From Peribolospora baueri (Eukaryota), in contig JAMDHS010000053.1 in NCBI GenBank assembly GCA_029717555.1, forward strand, positions 124,001 to 159,438: a DNA stretch of 35,438 nucleotides, written 5' to 3'. Position 1 is the stretch's first letter, and each line of letters begins with the position of its first letter. Below the pieces are notes generated by a model. That model saw nothing but the letters and a program-made list of their open reading frames with translations, was not told the origin of the DNA and did no database searches. This document shows positions 1 through 15,548 of the stretch, in pieces. The position numbers and the translations under genes were made by a program.

Positions 1-473
1 GGTCTGAGGTCTTTATCGGGACCGCCGAGTTCGACCGTGTCCAAGCATATGGCGCAGTCGAACATGGATTCGTCTGTCTCGCCGCCGACACAGACCTGCT
101 GGCGAGGAGAACGGACGAGAGAGGAGAGCAGATCGGGCGGACTGGCGGTGATCGCGGTCGCGTGCTGACGCGACCTCTCCGGCTCCCGCAGCCGGCCGCA
201 GTCGGTCGATCACACCGGCGCACGTGGCAGGGGGTTGACTCGAACGAGTCTTCTTGCGTATATGCAGGAATGCTCTTGCGTACATTGATCACTTCTTCCT
301 CGTCCCGGTGACCCTTGCAATGCAAATCATGACGGACCTGACCCCGGAATCGCCTCCGTTTTCCCCCTTCTCCCTCCTCGTCGTTTTGAAGCTGCCACCA
401 TCACCTCAGCGCCTCATTCCCTCCTTTTCCCTTTCAGCTCCCTTCTCACCCTTTCATCCCTTCTTTTCTTCGA

Positions 474-2397
474 GTGCCCTTTATAACAGGCACCTCTCCA
501 AGTCCCTCCGGTCTTCCTTCGTTTCTTCCTGGCATGACGACCGCTGGGACCGCTCGTGTCCACGAATCGTCTTCGGTCATCGACACCGCGTCCCGCCATA
601 GCACGGCCATCGACGACGGCAATGGACGAGTCCACACCAATCCGCTCGACGGTCGTCCTTCCCCTGTCGCCCTCGAACCCAAGCAGCGCTCGTCGACACC
701 TTCTTTCAACGAGTCCGACTCCGAGTCGGACCGGGATAGCCGAGCGACCTCCTCTCTTCCCGCCGGCCGTCTCACCGTTCTCCCGTCAGTCGCCCCCTCG
801 TCCACTGAATCGAGCGTGTACCACCGCTACCCGCCCGCCGCGCAAGATCAACTGGACCAGCGGTTGCGAGTGCGGCAGGACACGGACGTCGGCAAGCAAG
901 GGCTAGGAAGCCCTTCGTCTACTCCCTCGCGTCGGCCCTCCGACATCGCCCCCACTTTCGGCGGAGTCCCCGCCAGACGGCCGTCATGGTCAGCGTCGGC
1001 GGCAAGCGAGGAGGGGCGCCCGCGTTCTCTCCACCAGACCGGAGCCCAGAGCCAAACCCAGACGCGACAGCGATGGAAGACGGTCGACGTCGTGCGCCTT
1101 GCCGTGGCCTTTACCGCGACGCTCAGCGCAGGCATGTCCGACTCGTCGCTCGGCGCTCTGCTGGACTCGATGCAGATCGCATATGACCTCAGCTACTCGG
1201 TCGTTTCCATGATTTTGTGAGTGACCGTGACCGGTTGCCTGTAGGTCGTCGTTGAGCGAACTCTGCCCCCGTCCGCATGATGACGCTGAGCATACGCCGT
1301 ACGGCCGGCCCCTCTCCCCTCCACTCTGCCCCCCCTTCGTTTCTTTCCTCATCGCACGCAGCCTCGCCAACTGCGCCGGATACTTCGCCTCCTCGGTCTC
1401 CACCACATGGCTCATCCACCGCTTCGGCCTCACCAGGACGCTCACCCTAGCGGCTTTGGTCAACGCGCTCGCCTCGCTGGTCTTGTCTTTCCGCCCTCCT
1501 TTCCCCGTCCTCGTCACCGGCCTTGTCCTAACCGGCTTCGGCAGCGGCATCAACGACGCCGCGTGCTCCACCTACGTCGCCCTCTTCGCTTCGCACTCGC
1601 TCTTCATGACCTGGTACGCCAGCTTCGGCATCGGCGCCTGTGCCACACCGCTCATGATCTCCGCCATGCTCAAGCGAGGCGTCCAATGGCAGAGGTACTA
1701 CTATGTCCCCGTCGCGCTCGCCTCCGTCGTTGGCGTGTGCGAGCAGCTCGCCTTCCGCAACTATCAGATGCCCGACGACGGCGAGTCGGGGCAGCAGCAG
1801 GCAGCTGCCCCCACGACGCTCTATCGGCGCTTCCTGACCGTCATCAGGATGCCCGCCGTGCTCGCGGGGGCGGTGACGATGGCGCTGGCCTTCAGCACGG
1901 CTGACATCCTCTCCTCCTGGAGCGCCTCCTTCCTCATCACCCTCCGCAACGGCGACCCCGCGCTGATGCGACTCCCCATCGCCGGCTTCTGGGGCGGCCA
2001 GACGATCGGGCGCATCTTTCTCTCCTTCACCATCGCCAAGCTCGGCGACGCCGTCGTACTCCTCTACGTCGCCATCTGCATCCTCCCCCTGGCCGTCATG
2101 CAGTGGGTGCCGAACATCCCCGTCGACGCCGTCGCCATAGCCGTCGTCGGCCTCTTCCAGGGCCCCATCATCCCCATCGCGCTCAGCACGGTGAGCAAGC
2201 GCGTTCCACCGACGATGGTTCCGCCCGTGGTCTCCGTCCTCACCGGCGCAGGCGTCGTCGCCTCCGCCATCGCTCCGCTCCTCGTCGGCCTTGCCGGCAA
2301 CGGACATCTATATGTCGGAGCGATCGACATCGTCCTCGTGTGCGCCATGTGCGCCTCGTGGGCCTGGAGCATGCAGGCGCGCAAAAAGCTCGACTGA
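474..2397 (+). CDS. Major facilitator superfamily transporter (BSC6/fucose-permease-like), 2 exons, long disordered N-terminus
   Basis: Exon 1 ends at 1216, intron 1217-1361 (GTGAGT...GCAG), and the join gives VVSMIF-LANCAGY. Motif GMSDSSLGALL..MQ..Y.L.Y and about 12 hydrophobic segments. The start could be 474 or the in-frame ATG at 533. Confidence 0.85.
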
Positions 2398-2912
2398 TGT
2401 GAATTCGCCCATGAACCCGGGCGACGCGAAAACCCTCAAAAACGGAGGCAGGCGTTCATTCACAATACGCCTCTCTTCGTGCATTCGTGCATACCTGTGG
2501 CCATATGTGAAAATGCTGTACAAGTAGAGACTTAAAAGCTTGAACGCAATGGAAGCGGTCAACCCAGCAGTCTGCGGTGGGTGATGTTGAGAGCTAACAA
2601 CTACAGTACACAGTATGTACGTACATGACAGTCCGTGCGACGACGGACGCAGACGGCTGAAGAAATGGTTCCAGGGAACAGAAGCGCCGAGAAGTATCGA
2701 GCGCCAACATGTGAGCGAGGATGGACTGCGTCCTTGAACATCAATCATTCGCCTCGAAGTGACCGACTGGATTAGATTTACAGGCCTAACAACCCTACAA
2801 TGAGATGAGATGGACCGTTGGCGGGGTGCGTACAATCCCACTTTTGGAGGAACGGCTGATGAGAACGTTCCAGAGCGTCGAGCGTTCAACAGCGGAGCAA
2901 CCTGCGAAGGGA

Positions 2913-5596
<2,684 letters not shown>

Positions 5597-6296
5597 GACG
5601 CTTCGGTTGAGCAACAAGCCAAGGCAGGCAAGGCGGTGTGAACAGGGACGGATGGAGGATGGCGCGATAGGATTCCAATGGGTTTCCTTCGCAGCCAGTG
5701 TGTGAAGTACGATGGGATATCAAGGTGGTCCGAACAAGAAGCGACGACGGACGACGGTCGAGACGTGACTGGCGCACGCGTGCGCAGGACAGCTCGCGCA
5801 TGCCAACCGCATGCGCATTGCCGCAGCTGGCTACGGTTGTGCTGCCGGCGAGACGGGTTCTAATGAATGCCGAGCGCCGAGCGGGGCCATTTTGTGCAAC
5901 CGCCGGAGGCCCGCTCTCCCGCATTCGTCATTGATGGTCGACGGTACCTGCTGTCGTCCACAGGCTCAGCCTACTCCGCTCACTTTGAAGGCGTGATTTT
6001 AACTCAACGGAGCGCTCAAAATATCGTTGCGCCCTGCCAGCGGCTAGTCTCACAGCGACCAGTCCCACCGAAAATACACAAATGCCTCGGCCGAGGCCTT
6101 GCCGGCTGCGCTCACCTCTTCTTGCGGGGGTACGGGAACGCATGCGGAGGTGATCGCCGGTTGGTTGATCTCCGCGGACCTGGATGCCCTTCGTCCCTGA
6201 ACGGGTACGCTAGACTCTTCCTTCTGCCTTCCTGCCATCCACCTCAGGGGGTATGATCGCGAGCAGGAAGTGGGCCTGCCTCCGCGGGCACGTTTC

Positions 6297-6304
6297 TATA
6301 AGAA
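6297..6304 (+). promoter_or_regulatory. Candidate TATA box of the GH31 gene
   Basis: TATAAGAA about 125 nt upstream of the ATG at 6423, in otherwise GC-rich DNA. Confidence 0.4.
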
Positions 6305-6422
6305 GCGAGCGTCTCCGTGGGGGCCCGCCAACGCCAGCTATAGTTCTTCCCCACTTCCTCACTCATTCATCGGAGCTTCCTTGGCGCCTGTCGTGTCCTC
6401 ACACCTGGCACGCAGACAGACC

Positions 6423-9400
6423 ATGAGCCCTCTTCTCGCTCCTTTCGTTGCCCTTCTGGGTGCATCGGCCAGTCTTGCTCTTCCCGCTGCCGAGCTCGGG
6501 CGGCGCGCAGAACAGGACGGCTTTCCCATAAAGCCCTCCTACAATGTCTCGAGCTGCCCAGGTGAGGTGACGCTGCGCCTCTGGCAGCCGATCGCGACGA
6601 TTTGGCGGACCCTCCTCGCACGGACTGACACACTCGTTCGCATTCAGGCTACAAGGCTTCCAACGTCAAGCGCACGTCATCCGGCCTCACCGCCGACCTC
6701 ATCCTCGCCGGCCCGGCCTGCAACGCCTTCGGCATTGACTACCAGTCTCTCGTGCTCTCGGTCACCTACGAGACCAGCTCGAGGCTTCATTTCCACCTGA
6801 CAGATAAGAACAAGACACAGTTTGAGCTGCCCGAGTCGGTATGGCCCCGCCCGTTCAAGCAGGGCGACACCGCCGCCGGCGAAGCGGCGAGCGACCTCGA
6901 CTTCTCTTTCGACGAAGATCACTTCGCCTTCTGGATCACAAGGAAGAGGAACGGCGAGGTGCTCTTTGACACGCGCGCTCAGAACATCCCCACGTACGAC
7001 GAGCCGCTCTTCGCCTACGAGAACAGTCCCTCGATCACCAACTCTACGCGCATGCCAAAGCACGAGCTCATCTTCGAGAACCAGTACCTCCAGCTCTCCT
7101 CGGCCTTGCCGCGCGGCGCCAACCTGTACGGCCTTGGCGAATATTACAGCGGCAACTTCAGGCGCGACCCTGACTCGACCTTGCAGCCCTTCTTTGCGCT
7201 CGACAACGCCGACCCTGTGGACGCTAACGTGAGTCTTAGTTGAGGCGTCTCCGCCAGTTTGTGGCAGAATGAGAAGGAGCATCTTGCAGTCGGCTCAGGT
7301 CGCTCAGTTCCCTGGCACACTCACTCACGTCTTTCGCCTCTCTAACCCATTTTATCCCTCCGCAGATGTACGGCTACCACCCGGTCTACTACGAATCCCG
7401 CGCGAGCAGCGGTGGCACCCACGACGCGCACAGCGTCTTCTACCTCAACACGGCTGGCATGGACGTGATCCTCCGTCCGGGCGTCATCCAGTACCGCGCC
7501 ATCGGCGGTGCCCTTGACTTTTACTTCCTCTCGGGAGATGCCGAGCCTAGCAAGTCTAGTGCGCACCGGAGGGACGTCGGTCTTGAGGACGCCCGCAAGA
7601 GGGAGAAGAGCGTGCTCGACGGGCCCCTCGATGCGCACGCCGTCCTTCGAGCCGAGGAAGACGGAGACATTTCGGATGTCATCGCCGATGAAGGAGCGGC
7701 TAGGAAGCGCAGCAACGGCAAGATCAACTCTGCCGTCACGGCTATTGAGCAATACGTCCAGACCATCTCTCTCCCACAGGTTCCCCCCGTCTGGGGCTTC
7801 GGTTTCCACCTTTGCCGCTGGGGATACCAGAACATCTCTGTCACTCAGGGTATCGTCGATTCGATGAGAGCGGCCAACGTCCCCCTGGAGACTCAATGGA
7901 ATGACATCGACTGGATGGACTCGTACAGGGACTTCATCCCCGCGCCGAACCGTTTCGCGCCTTCCGAGTACAAGGCGTTTGTGGACAAACTTCACGCCGA
8001 CCACCAGCATTACATCCCAATCATCGACGGCGCGATCGGTGTTCAAATCCCCAATGGTACTGACAGATATGACGTGTACACCAAGGGCACGGAAATGGAC
8101 GTCTTCATCAAGAACCCCAACGGGACGCAGTACATCGGTCAGGTTTGGCCGGGTTTCACCGGCTTCCCCGACTGGCATGCGGAGAATTCGCAGGCGTGGT
8201 GGAATGAGGCGTTCAAGAACTTCTCTAACATTATTGACTTTGATGGCATCTGGGAGGACATGAACGAGCCGTCGTCCTTCTGTGTCGGAAGCTGCGGGAC
8301 CGGCGCCAACTGGTCCTCCCTCGGTGCCCCGGACCAGACGCAGACCATCGTCTACGGCTGGCCGGAGGGTTATGACAACACCACGTTCGGCAACAGTGGT
8401 AACATGACCGTCAACGGGCAGTCCACCTACAAGCCAGATGCGGACACCAACTTCCGCAAGCGTGCCGCCTCCACATTTTCGGTCCAGGTTGACGCGGCCG
8501 TGCAAGGTGGCGCAACTGTTTACAACTCCAGCAATGAGCGCCTCCTCGACTACCCGCCTTACGCCATCCACAACGCATATGGTCCGCTTGACGAGAAGAC
8601 GGTGGCTATGAATGTAAGTGCTTCTGGAGGCTCCAGTGTGGTTCGGCTTTGGAGCCTCCATGCCGTGTCCATGAGGGACGTACAACTGAACTTTACGGTC
8701 CACTCAATTTTATTTATTCTTCAGGCTACGACTGCGCTTGGCCCATTCTACGACGTCAAGAACATCTGGGGCAAGACTTCGGAACTTCGAACCCACGACG
8801 CTCTCCTCAACCTGAGGCCTACCAAGCGGCCGTTCGTCATCGCGCGCTCGACGTTCCCCGGCGCTGGGCGGCACGCGGGCCACTGGCTTGGAGGTGCGAC
8901 CTGGCCTCGTGCAGCATAGCATGTATATGTCCACATCCACGCTCATGCCTTGCTTTTACTTGTCACGACCTGCCTTGGACAGACAACTTCAGCACCTGGC
9001 GATACATGTGGCACTCGTGAGTGGTACTGACCTATCCTATCACTCCTCAGGCAACGCATGAACGTCTTCTGTCATTTTCGTGCATTTTCAGGATCCAAGG
9101 CGTTCTTCAGTTCCAAGGATTTGGTATCATGATGGTAGGAGCTGACGTATGTGAGTACTTATGGCAAGGCGGAGATAAGATGCATCTCTCGAATGAAGAC
9201 CACGACTGAGACCAATCGTCCGGCCACTGCTTTACTCAGGTGGCTTCAATGGCAACACCGACGAGGAGCTGTGCAATCGCTGGATGTCCCTTGGAGGTCG
9301 GTGGCTCGTGTCTTGAACAGTCTCGCAATCTGGCGAACCTTAATCATTCTATGTTCCCTTCCGCCAGCCTGGACGCCTTTCTTCCGCAACCACGCGACCA

Positions 9401-10503
9401 AGGGCTCGTGAGTACACTTTTTCACACGACCATGCGAGCCCAAAGTGCTCCTGTAGAAGCTTACACACTTTTTCGCTTGCGAACCTCACCAGTCTCCCCC
9501 AGGAGCCCTTCCGGTGGGATTCCGTCGCTGAGGCGTCGCGTAAAGTCATCGCGGCGCGCTACTCGCTTCTTCCCCTCTGGTCGACCCTCCTTGCTCGCGC
9601 GTCCGAGTACGGCACCCCGGCAATTCGCGCGTTGTAAGTCAGCGTCGTCTCTTAGCAGCATGTGGATGGAGGTGAGGTGTGAGCATCTCTCACGCCAGGT
9701 ACGCCTTGAACGCAGGTGGCAAGAATGGCCCAATGATGGGTACGAGTCGGTGGACAGGCAGTTCTTGGTCGGCGACTCGCTCCTCGTTACCCCGGTCCTC
9801 GTTCCCAACGTGACTTCCGTCAAGGGCGTCTTCCCCGGTCAGGGTCCTTGGAGGGACTTCTGGGACCACACGACGGTGGATGCTCAGCCCGGCGTTAACA
9901 CGACCATGTCGGCACCGCTCGGGTTAGTCGACGTCGATGTTCGTTCACAGACGCAGCTTGACGAGTAGCTCAACATGCTCTTCTCTCTCCTTCCGCAGTC
10001 ACATCCCCGTGCACATTCGTCCTGGCTCTGTACTCACCATGTGGACCAAGCCTGCCTACACGACGTACGAGACGCAGCAGTCCACTTACGCGCTTGTTGT
10101 CTCCCTCGACAAGGGCGGCTCCGCATCCGGCGAGGCGTACTTCGACGACGGAGAGACGCAATGGATGGACAAGGCTCCCGGAAAGACGGTCACGTACCAA
10201 GCGGGATCCAAGAGCGTCAGCGCGAACGTGGACAATGGCAACTTTAACATCGAAAGGCCTCTCGAGCAAATCACTGTTCTCGGTGTCCTGAACAAGCCGG
10301 CCAAGATCGAGTTGGACGGGAAGGCGGTTCAGTGGACTTTTAATCAGACGGTGAGCATTCGGCGTGCCCATCGTGGGTGTTGCTCTTCCAGAGTCTTGGT
10401 CCCGTGCTCACTCGCTGCTTGTTGTACATTGCAGACCAACGGCATCCAGGTGACCGGCCTTAAAGGCGATCTCAACAAGGCCTGGAAGCTCACTTGGTCG
10501 TGA
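6423..10503 (+). CDS. Secreted glycoside hydrolase family 31 alpha-glucosidase
   Basis: Signal peptide MSPLLAPFVALLGASASLA; LYGLGE, MYGYHPVY, WGFGFHLCRWGY, nucleophile motif GIWEDMNEPSSF, acid/base motif HWLG-DN (split by an intron), PFFRNH, QFLVGDSLLVTPV. About 11 canonical GT-AG introns restore one frame. Confidence 0.95.
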
Positions 10504-10717
10504 TCTGGAAAAGGTCGCTCGTTCGGACTCCATTTTGGGTCACTTTCATCATCTGTAAACAACCTCTTGGCCAACCTTGTCTGCGTGCGCCACCCGGTGC
10601 CTAAGACAGTCTGCTCGAAATTGGACCCTAAAAGGGAATAAATAACCATCTAAAGTCCATGATATTCCGATCTTCACCCGGAGGAGGTATATTGATTCTC
10701 GCTCAAAGGCCCCTTTA

Positions 10718-11969
10718 TCAGGCGTCATCAGTCTGAGGGAACGGCGGCAGGCCCCACTCCTCAGGCTTGAAGTCCAACAAAGAGTCAAGTACCTGTCTCG
10801 CGCCAAGGTCGGTCTCGCCCACGACCGCGCGAAGATTCGGATCTGGTACCCAGATGACTGGAGGAAACGGATGGGACAGACAGATTGAGAAAGGTTCACG
10901 AGGCCTGCAATTCGAGAAGTTGCGTTTCGGACAAAGTGCTCACCGTTCATGCCAGCGTTCAAGCCCGCCTCGACGCCAGGCTGGGAAGTAAAAGGGCGCG
11001 TCGGTTTAGCAATTCAGTGGTCTTTCGCATTTACGGGAAGCCATCGCTCACCTTGGCATCTTCAAAGACAAGGACGCTATCCTTTTCGTCTTCACCCTTC
11101 TCTATCACCTTCTGACCAGGTTCCAGCACGTTCGCGCCGAGCTGTCTGGCAGCAACCAAGAAGACGTCCGGCGCCGGTTTGCCTGACAAGATACGCGAGT
11201 CATCGCCGCATACGACGTCGTGTCCGAAGGGTTCAAAGAGCACCTGGTTGTTCTTCGACTTGATCTCAAAGTTGCGGCGCTTCGAGCCCGTCGCGACCTA
11301 GCATGGGACGAGATGCCGCGGTTAGATCCGTCGACGAGCGTCAGTCAAGCTGTCAGCCAGTGAAAGCGATCGCAGAGCGAATCACACCCACGCAGATGGG
11401 CACGCCATGCGCCTGGAGATGTTTGACCAGCTTTACCGCGCCGGGCATGGGCTCTACCTTGGAGAAAGCCTCGTCTAGGTACGCGTTGCGCCGCACTAAA
11501 AACTCATCAATGCTGACTGGCGGTTCAGGCATGTCTGCAAAGACGTTGCGCAAGAGATAGTCTGAAGCGACAGAAGGACGATCAATGCTTGAGCACAGGG
11601 ACCTTCGTCTCGCACCGACGAAAAAAAAAGGAAGAGAAGCAAGAGCAAAGGCAACTCACCTGTGGCGTCCCTTTCCGGCCTACCCATCAGCCCGGCCTTG
11701 ATGCTCCATGGCATCGTCCTGCCCCATGGTTCCAATGCCTTGTCGGTCGCTACAAAACGGGCAAACCACGACGGCGAGGCCAGAGAAACACATCGAATCA
11801 AGGTCAAAGTGCACAAAAAGATGCGAGACGATGTGAGCATTCGACCACCAGCGCCCGCTCTCGCTTTTCGACACTTTCCTTGCGTGTACACGAGCTCGCT
11901 GTTGATGAGCAGACCGTCCATGTCGAAGAGGACATACTTGATCGGGCGCGAGGAGCGTAGAGAGAACAT
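10718..11969 (-). CDS. HAD-superfamily phosphatase, HDHD1/GS1 (pseudouridine-5'-phosphatase)-like
   Basis: Motif I VLFDMDGLL, MPGAVKLVKHL, VATGS, GKPAPDVFL, LVFEDA.PGVEAG..AGM.VIWVPD, C-terminal LDSLLDFKPEEWGLPPF; stop TGA at 10720-10718. Intron 1 appears non-canonical (see findings). Confidence 0.9.
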
Positions 11970-12498
11970 GGTCGCTCGAGCCAGGACAGGGCAGTCTGTT
12001 CGTGCAAGCGACTGATGAGACGGAACAGAGCTTTCGACCTCCCTTTATGCTATGGAGACCGTCGAAGAGTTGGACAATGGCCCCCGCGTCGCCGCTCGGA
12101 GCGAAGCAAGACGGTCGTCGAAGGGACTCGCCGTTCGTCACGTGATCGACATCCGATCGAACAGCTCGTGTCCCCATCCTGACTGCACTTTGCACCCGGC
12201 CAACTCGCCCCTGTGGCCTTGTGGCTGCTGAGCACAGAGCCAGTCTAACGTTGAATACAACTCGTGATCGGAATGGCCAAGTGTTCCCAACCGCTTATAA
12301 GTGATGCGACGAGATGTCGAGCGACACGCGGTTCATGGCGCTTAAGGCAAACTGTTCAGATCGGACGTTCCTCCTGGACTGGATGAACTCTGTTGCATAT
12401 CTAGCATCCTCGAGTGTGTCAACGTAGCGACGTGCGATGACACCGTACGGAAGTGATGGGACATGCGGTTCAAAAATAACGTTACGACAGCCGGATCC

Positions 12499-15134
12499 CT
12501 ACCACAGGGCGCCCCATAGCTTGAACGTCCTCCCATACTCCCCGCTGGCGAGGTACGTGTTGTCTGCAAAGCCGTCAAAGGCGTACGAAAGGGAAGTTTG
12601 AGAACAGAACACAATCCTCGCTGAACCTGTCTATTCGCCGTCGCAAGCGATGCTCACCTCCCGAGATGTCCACGCTCATGACCTTTCCCGCGTCGCCGGC
12701 TAAGGCTCTCAGCATCTGCCAGTCATCAGCGCTCCACACCTTGACCAGGCCATCGTAGCCGCCGCTAGCGAGGTACAGCCCGCTCCTCCGCAACTCCACG
12801 GGTGCATGATCCTCGTCGTCTCTGTCTTTGTCAGCGCACCCGCTCTTGTCCTTGCCCGAATCAACATCCATCCCGTCCGGTGCCCCATCGCCGCTGCCCG
12901 TCTCGCCGAACCGCGGGGGACGCTCATTCGACGCGCGAAAGAACTTGATGTCGCTGACGCTCGACCGGTGCGCGGGGATGGTGTAGAGGTTCTTGAGCGC
13001 GCGCATGTCCCAGATCCGGATCGTGTCGTCTCCCGAGCCGGTGGCAATCTGGTAGCCGTTCGGCGCAAAGTCGATGCCCAGGATCTCTTTCACGTGCCCG
13101 TCCAGCACCATGGCCGATGATCCTGTTCGGACATCCCACACTCGTCCGATGGCGTCCAACCCGCTGTGGACAAAAAAAAAGACTAATCAGAGGAGCAAAC
13201 AGAAGAGCGCCATCCCGTTCCCCTCGTCCTGGATGAGAAAGCGCACGCACCCGCTAGCGATCAAGGCCCCATCGTCCTGGCATTCCACGCTGTACACCTC
13301 TTTGCTATGACCTTCCTGAAGAAGCAGCTCCTTCCCGCTCTCCACGTCCCACAGTCTCCAGGTACCGTCAAACGACGCGGAAGCGATGTAGGAACCAGAA
13401 GGATGGAACGCCACCCGACACACTCGTCCATCGTGCCCTTTCAGAGTCCGCAACGGCCGGTCGCTGCAAAGCAAGGGAACAGCAAAAGGGGCGCTTTATC
13501 AGTGACTCGACCTGGATGTGAACTCAAGCACGGGAACGGCAATGATGGGAGACGTCGTTCAAAGCGGCTTACTTTTTCAGACTCCAAAGGTTGACCAAGC
13601 CGTCCCCTCCGCCCGTCACAATATTCGCTGCTTCTGGAGACTGAGAAAGGGTGGCTTGGGGATGCCATGCCAGGCCGCCTATCCTGTCGGTGTGTCCTGT
13701 AGGGTAGAAGCGAGAAGGAGAGGGACGGGACGGAACGAGAAGGGTGAGTCAAACACAGCTGTCCTCACGGCACTCGTTGATACTCACTCTGCCCAAAGGT
13801 AGCGTGACGAACAATGACCCTAACCTCTCAAGACCAGTTGGCAGTTGCACCCAGGCACGTCCCAGACCTTGGCGTTGCCCGTCCACGATGCGGTGGCGAG
13901 AAGCTTGGAGTCTGGAGAAAAGCGCACCATCGAGACCGGTCGGTCGTCCCCTATTTGAGAGCCGAAGTTCGTGTAGGTCTGGAGACGGAAGCGACTGCTT
14001 TGAGCAAATCGGATTGCCGTTCAGGTGATCGAAGGCCAACTGATCACTTGCCTTCAATGGCTCAAACATTTCCCGGCGAACGGCGGCGATCTTGGCCAAC
14101 GGCAACTCGGCCTCGCGGCGTTGCCTTTTTGTTCGCGCTCTCGCCCTGCAAAGAAGACATGAATAAAGGGTCAGGCCATCGACCCAGTGGGAATGTCACA
14201 TCTCAACAAGATATGAAACACGACACGTGTTTCGCGCACCTCCTCAACGAGAACGTGGCCATTTCCCTCCTCGCCTGCAACAACTTCTCCGTCCCGGGGG
14301 TATAAAATTCTTCTTCCTTCTCTTCATCTTCCTCTTCGCTCTCCGACTCGATCTGCATGCCTTCGGCATCATCTCCACGCGCTGCGAGGAGCTGAGAAAG
14401 AACGTATCGTAGACGCTCACGCCGGTCCATTGCCTGAGTGCGGAGGATAGAGGGAAGGAGGATCAGAATCCTCAAGCCGGGATGGACAGAGGCGCCGCCG
14501 TGCGAGTGCAGCGGCACAGGTCAACCGTGCACAAGGGGAGCAACATCTGCTCACTTTTTCTCCAAAGAGCGTGATAGGCTCGCCCATTTCCCTCAGCCGC
14601 ATCTTGACCTTATTTTCATCGGTTGGGATAGCGAGCGTCCTGGCGCGTTTCTTGCGCTCTAGCTCTGTCATCACCTATGTGGTGCAATTCAAGATGGAGA
14701 ATTAATGGGAATGAGTACAAATGAGGCGTTTACGAGATTCGCTTTGCCAAAGGGGCCGACAAGACCTCGTCTCCTCGTCCTATCCACGCGAAAAGAGAGG
14801 CTCACCGCTTCATGCTCGGCTCGCGCGCGTTCGGATATGTTTCCGAGCGACGAGTCCTGGACTACGATGAAGGAGCCGAAAAAGACAGATGGAGCAGAAC
14901 AAGACGAGGAATAAAACGCAACGCACCGTCAGACCATCAAGCGTCAAGCAGGTGTGTTCCCGTCCAGCTCTGCTGCTCACCCAACTCCTCCAGGGTAACG
15001 CCGTCCTCGTTCATGGCCTGGGCGGAGAAAGCAAGGAGGAGGAGTCAAAACGGTGTGCGTCTGCAAGAACAAGGAAAAGGAAGAAATGCGCTCACTTCGG
15101 CGATGTGACCGTCGCCCAGGTTTGTCTGCGCCAT
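12499..15134 (-). CDS. PRP4: U4/U6 snRNP WD40 protein Prp4
   Basis: PRP4/SFM motif IPTDENKVKMRLREMGEPITLFGE..AMDRRERLR, EEFYTPG, GSQIGDDRPVS, then WD repeats (GHDGRVCRVAFHPSG, LLQEGHSKEVY, DGHVKEILG) ending RTFKLWGALW*. Multi-exon, including one GC-AG intron. Confidence 0.93.
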
Positions 15135-15548
15135 TTTTGAGATGTTATGCGTATCGTCTGGAGTCCTGAGGGATGGCCATCCTCGAGTCCGACGGATGGA
15201 TGCTCAGTCCCCGCTATGCCTTCACGCGCGCGATCAAGACCTGCTGCGGCTCGAGGAGGATGGCGCACGTGGATGCTGGGGAGCACACTTGCCCGTCCCG
15301 GTCGGCCATGCGAAATTAGAAAGGGCACATAGAGATTTAAAATGACCCAATCGGGTTACAGGTTTCCTAATGAACGCGCTGCTCGGTCGGCTGTGCGGTG
15401 TGCTGGCCGAGAAGAACGTTACCAAGAAGACAGCGAGGCAGACTGGCCCTGCTCTCCATCGTCTCCCATCACCCGACATCCTAGCGACTAAAGAGCGGCA
15501 AGCAGGTAGGCAGGCAGACAGGCAAGAAGGCAGGCATCCTGTCCTACA

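Noticed and set aside
6124..6149. CreA/Mig1-type SYGGRG sites upstream of the alpha-glucosidase
   Set aside because: Biologically plausible, but such hexamers are frequent by chance at this GC content
7342..8703. 453-aa minus-strand ORF and other long antisense ORFs (e.g. 1528-2307, 26491-27399, 17739-18566)
   Set aside because: Shadow frames opposite well-supported exons in GC-rich DNA; no recognisable motifs
10495..10520. Stop-codon readthrough or cryptic PTS1 extensions
   Set aside because: None of the stops inspected has the TGA-CTA context
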